Positions 60,426-64,000 of a stretch of DNA of 64,000 nucleotides are shown piece by piece. Where the stretch lies: positions 2,688,001-2,752,000 of the forward strand of contig OZ241917.1 of assembly GCA_965203805.1 (NCBI GenBank). The letters are read 5' to 3'. A model generated the notes under the pieces. The model made no database searches. It was not told the origin of the DNA and worked only from the letters and a program-made list of their open reading frames with translations. The translations under genes were made by a program, and so were the position numbers. Origin of the DNA: Candidatus Latescibacterota bacterium. GTDB taxonomy: Bacteria > Latescibacterota > UBA2968 > GCA-2709665. Each line of letters starts with the position of its first letter. Position 1 is the stretch's first letter.

Positions 60426-62255
60426 TTATCCGCTTGCTTGCGAGTTTAAATCTCCGTGCCACAGCCGCTGCATCTCTTCGCAGTTTTCGAGGAGAGCGTC
60501 CAATGTACCCTCCGCGCAGATGCGCCCGTCCTTGAGGACGATGATATTGTCGGCGCGCCGCAAGGCGGCTCGACGATGCGATACCAAGAGATACGTGCCG
60601 ACGTAGGGGGCGGTCGCGGTCAACCCCCGCTGGTCAAATACCCGCTCCCACAATACCCGCTCCGTCTCGACGTCGAGGGCGCTGGAGAGGTCGTCGAACA
60701 CGACCAGTTCCGGTTCACGCACAAACGTCCGCGCGGCTGCCGTCCGAAGAACCTGCCCGCCTGAGAGTTTTGCGCCACTCGGCCCAATCAACGTATCCAA
60801 TCCGTTTCCAAGCGCCTCCAAATCGTCTTCCATCACAGCCTTGCCAATTGCCGCAGGGAGATCAACACGATCTTCACGCAACCCCAGAAGAATGTTGTCT
60901 CGAAGCGTGTCGCTGAACAGGCGCGGAACCTGGGGCGTATATGCACATCGCGGAGGGACGAGGAACGACGCCGGGTGCGGCACGTGCTCGCCATTCCAGT
61001 AGATGTCTCCCGCATCCCCGGGCAGGTAACCCAACAGGGACTCCAGAAGCGTGGTCTTGCCGGATCCAATTTGTCCGGTGATCACCGTTACGGTCCCGGC
61101 TTCCAGAAACAGATCTATCCCTTCGATTCCCCGTCGGGTCTCCGGATGACGATAGCTCAAGCCTTCCACGCACAGGTGCCGTAAAGAGTGAAACCTCATT
61201 TTTCTGATATACGGAACGGGTGGAAGATCACCCCGCAGGTAAGCCGGGCCGGGTCGGACAAGGGTATCTTGAGCAATGCCCGGCAACAGTTCACGGAGTC
61301 GCTCGAAGGAAACGCAGGCCTGTTTGTGCGCGGCCAACAACGCTCCCAGGCGGTCTGCAAATGCCAAAACGGTAAATTCACCCATGGCGATGTAACTGAC
61401 AAACAGCGCGAAATCACCGACGGTAAAGTCCCCTTCTCTCATCCGTTCGGCGGCAAATATCAGAATTACGCCGGTCGCCAGGTTGATTGTCGTGGAATTC
61501 ATCGATGCCAGCAGCCGGTTGAAGAGCCGTTCCCTGATTGCCGCTCTACGCCTTGCTTCGTTCAGCCCGTCGAAACGCAGGACGGCGTGCGTCTCGCTGT
61601 CTGCAGCCTTTACTGCCAGTACCGCCGCGAAGAGATCTCCGAGGAATCCAGTGACGCGGCCCGTGCTTTCCCGGCTTTCATGCCTGTATGACCTGATTCG
61701 CCTTCCCAATCCGTTTGCAAGGAGTAAAATAGCTGTCATCGGTATGAATGCCATAAGCGTGATATACCGATTGACACTCAAGAGCACGGCCAAGGCAAAC
61801 ACGGCGGCGAGCGCATTCCCGGTGAGAGAGAGTAAATTGGTTATGGGGGCCACCGCGCCATCGATATCGTCATCCAATCGGTTGACGATATCGCCCGACC
61901 CATGTTCGGCACGGCTTTGCGCGTCCTGCAGGAGACTCTCGAACAGATTCGCGCGGATACGTGTCTTCAGTTTCCCCTCGAAATACGCGTAGGTCGCGGC
62001 ATATCCCTGCTCGGCGACCTGCACGGCGAATCGGGTGGCAAGAAAGAGGATCACAAGGGTCGAGATACCGAAGCGGACATCCGTGTCCCGTGTCAGGGCG
62101 TTGAAGAACTCACGCAGGATCAGGCCGACGATCAGGGGAAACCCGAAATAGCCCAGAGACAGGATGACACCAAGCAAGAAAAGCCAGGGACTGAATCGTA
62201 TCAGCGCCAGGTAATACGGGCCCCTGCCTGCTGCCTCTTGGACTGTTGATATCAC
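60426..62255 (-). CDS. ABC exporter, fused permease/ATPase (heterodimer subunit)
   Basis: [13 protein letters not shown], degenerate Walker [10 protein letters not shown]. Confidence 0.92.
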   Translation of the reverse strand: MISTVQEAAGRGPYYLALIRFSPWLFLLGVILSLGYFGFPLIVGLILREFFNALTRDTDVRFGISTLVILFLATRFAVQVAEQGYAATYAYFEGKLKTRIRANLFESLLQDAQSRAEHGSGDIVNRLDDDIDGAVAPITNLLSLTGNALAAVFALAVLLSVNRYITLMAFIPMTAILLLANGLGRRIRSYRHESRESTGRVTGFLGDLFAAVLAVKAADSETHAVLRFDGLNEARRRAAIRERLFNRLLASMNSTTINLATGVILIFAAERMREGDFTVGDFALFVSYIAMGEFTVLAFADRLGALLAAHKQACVSFERLRELLPGIAQDTLVRPGPAYLRGDLPPVPYIRKMRFHSLRHLCVEGLSYRHPETRRGIEGIDLFLEAGTVTVITGQIGSGKTTLLESLLGYLPGDAGDIYWNGEHVPHPASFLVPPRCAYTPQVPRLFSDTLRDNILLGLREDRVDLPAAIGKAVMEDDLEALGNGLDTLIGPSGAKLSGGQVLRTAAARTFVREPELVVFDDLSSALDVETERVLWERVFDQRGLTATAPYVGTYLLVSHRRAALRRADNIIVLKDGRICAEGTLDALLENCEEMQRLWHGDLNSQASG

Positions 62256-63997
62256 GACTGTTTCCCCTCCAGTCCCGTTCGCAACAGTCCGTAAAGGACG
62301 GAATTGGGATTCTCCGCCAGATCCGCGTACGCCCCGGTTTCCTGGATTCGTCCTTCGTCCAGAATCATGACTTCGTCCGCCCGATGCACGGTCGAAAGAC
62401 GGTGCGCGATGATAATCGCGGTCCGATTCCGGAGGAGTTCGTCCATTGCCCGGACAAGGCGGCTCTCGGTTACCGCGTCCAGGCGCGCAGTAGCTTCGTC
62501 CAGAATCAGCAAACCAGGCTCCCTCAGGAAAACCCGCGTAAATGCCAACAACTGCGCCTCACCCGCGGAGAGGCCACCGCCACCCGGCGGCATTCGCGTA
62601 TCGAGACCCTCAGGAAGCGACTCGTACCATACATTCAGTCCCAATGCCCGAAGCCCAGCCAGAACGCAATCATCCTGAATCGATCGATCGAACAAAGTCA
62701 GGTTGTCGCGAACCGATGACTGGAACAGCTGTACGTCCTGCGTGACCAATCCAACGCGCCGGCGAAGTTCGGACAGCCGCGGTTTGAGGATGTCTGTGCC
62801 GCCGATGAAAATCGATCCGCGACTGGCGTCGTACAGGCGAAACAGAAGTCGGGACAGCGTTGTCTTCCCGCACCCGGTACGTCCCAGCAGGCCAAGTACT
62901 TTGCCCGAATCCAGCTGAAACGTGAGATGATCCAGTACCGTTTTTCCGTGCTCGTAGGAAAAGCAGACGTTCCGGCACTCGACGGAAAGCGCGCCCGACG
63001 GGAGAATGGCTCCGGGGCCGTCCTGAATCCCTGTTCCGGTCGCCCTGAGTTCTTCGATGCGCTCAGCGCCAACCCTGATCCGCTGGAAGACTTCAACCTG
63101 CCTTTGAATCCGGTTCAGGGGCGTGTGCAGCATCTGAAGGTAATGGAGCACGAGATAGACGGTGCCGATGGTAATGGCGTTCGCCCCAAACAGAATTGCT
63201 CCATACGCCATCGCCACGGCGAAACCGGCCGCGAACACGATGTTCGATATGGACCATCCCGCATCCGTGATCACGTCGGCCTTGAACGCCGTTGTGAACG
63301 CCCGCCTCACAGCCTCGTGGAAGCGGCGCATCGTATAGGGGATTGCGCCGGCTGCCCGTATGTCCCGCAGACCCGCAAGACGTTCCTCCAGAAAACCGGA
63401 CAGCTCTGCGCCGGCTTGCCTTTCGGCATGCCAGAACGACACCGACATTTGTTGGGCGCGAATGTGAACCGTCAGATATACGGCTGCAAATGCGCCGAGC
63501 ATTGCGCCCAGTCGCCAGTCTTCCACCGTGAGCACGATCAACACGCCAAGCGTCACCAGGAGGCCGCCAATCAGTTCAATCACGAAATCCGAAAAAAAAG
63601 CGCCGAGTCGACTCACGTCGCCGTCAACGCGCTCAATCAGTTCGCCTGGTGTGCGCTTGTTGTGAAAAGACATATCCAGGCTCAGGATGTGACCCGTCAG
63701 ATCGGACCGCAGGCGGTTGGTCGCACGCCAGCTCACGTCGCTGCAAACGTAGCCTGCCAGGGCGGACACGGTCTGGTGAATCATCCCCACGCTAATGAAC
63801 AACAAGCCCGCGCGGATGAGCTGCTCCAGTGATCCTCCCTCCCGTGCTGTATCGATGAAGAAACGCATGATCAGAGGGTTGATGAGCTGCAGACCGATCC
63901 CGCCTGACAACAGTAGCGCCATCACCAGAACCCTCGGCCACTGCGGCTTGAGATAGCGAACGAGCAACTTCAAATACTGGCTCACCGGTTCTTTCAT
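62252..63997 (-). CDS. ABC exporter, fused permease/ATPase (heterodimer subunit)
   Basis: GRTGCGKT, degenerate signature [12 protein letters not shown]; ATGA-coupled to its partner. Confidence 0.92.
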   Translation of the reverse strand: MKEPVSQYLKLLVRYLKPQWPRVLVMALLLSGGIGLQLINPLIMRFFIDTAREGGSLEQLIRAGLLFISVGMIHQTVSALAGYVCSDVSWRATNRLRSDLTGHILSLDMSFHNKRTPGELIERVDGDVSRLGAFFSDFVIELIGGLLVTLGVLIVLTVEDWRLGAMLGAFAAVYLTVHIRAQQMSVSFWHAERQAGAELSGFLEERLAGLRDIRAAGAIPYTMRRFHEAVRRAFTTAFKADVITDAGWSISNIVFAAGFAVAMAYGAILFGANAITIGTVYLVLHYLQMLHTPLNRIQRQVEVFQRIRVGAERIEELRATGTGIQDGPGAILPSGALSVECRNVCFSYEHGKTVLDHLTFQLDSGKVLGLLGRTGCGKTTLSRLLFRLYDASRGSIFIGGTDILKPRLSELRRRVGLVTQDVQLFQSSVRDNLTLFDRSIQDDCVLAGLRALGLNVWYESLPEGLDTRMPPGGGGLSAGEAQLLAFTRVFLREPGLLILDEATARLDAVTESRLVRAMDELLRNRTAIIIAHRLSTVHRADEVMILDEGRIQETGAYADLAENPNSVLYGLLRTGLEGKQS

Positions 63998-64000
63998 AGC

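Noticed and set aside
1-64000. CRISPR array, rRNA, integron attC array, prophage
   Set aside because: No regularly spaced repeats, rRNA signatures, integrase or phage structural genes were recognised.

Overview
GC-rich diderm bacterial DNA; the housekeeping gene set resembles FCB-type lineages, which is an inference. Most genes are on the minus strand. A conserved backbone (lptD-dtd-maf-rodZ-like-priA-flippase-DUF4159/DUF4175/TPR/MoxR/DUF58, tRNA-Leu, lysA, heterodimeric ABC exporter) is interrupted by three accessory blocks. (1) 2.2-8.4 kb: a tightly coupled four-gene defence-like operon of ABC-type ATPase, DUF4276/TOPRIM-like protein, Zn-ribbon/DUF559-nuclease/RecQ helicase fusion and small coiled-coil protein. 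(2) 12.4-14.2 kb: an integrase-less insertion relic that appears to have replaced the 3' end of an oxidoreductase gene. (3) 39.5-53.4 kb, the most notable: a peptide-export locus with three unannotated double-glycine-leader precursors sharing an exact 19-residue leader register, a cNMP-domain C39 PCAT, HlyD and PpiC-type foldase, four CPBP and two DUF3267-like membrane metalloprotease paralogues, two sigma-54-type promoters, and a candidate ~150-nt structured RNA, with no modifying enzymes. A MITE with TSDs lies between tRNA-Leu and lysA. No CRISPR array or rRNA was seen. All family calls come from motif recognition, not database searches.
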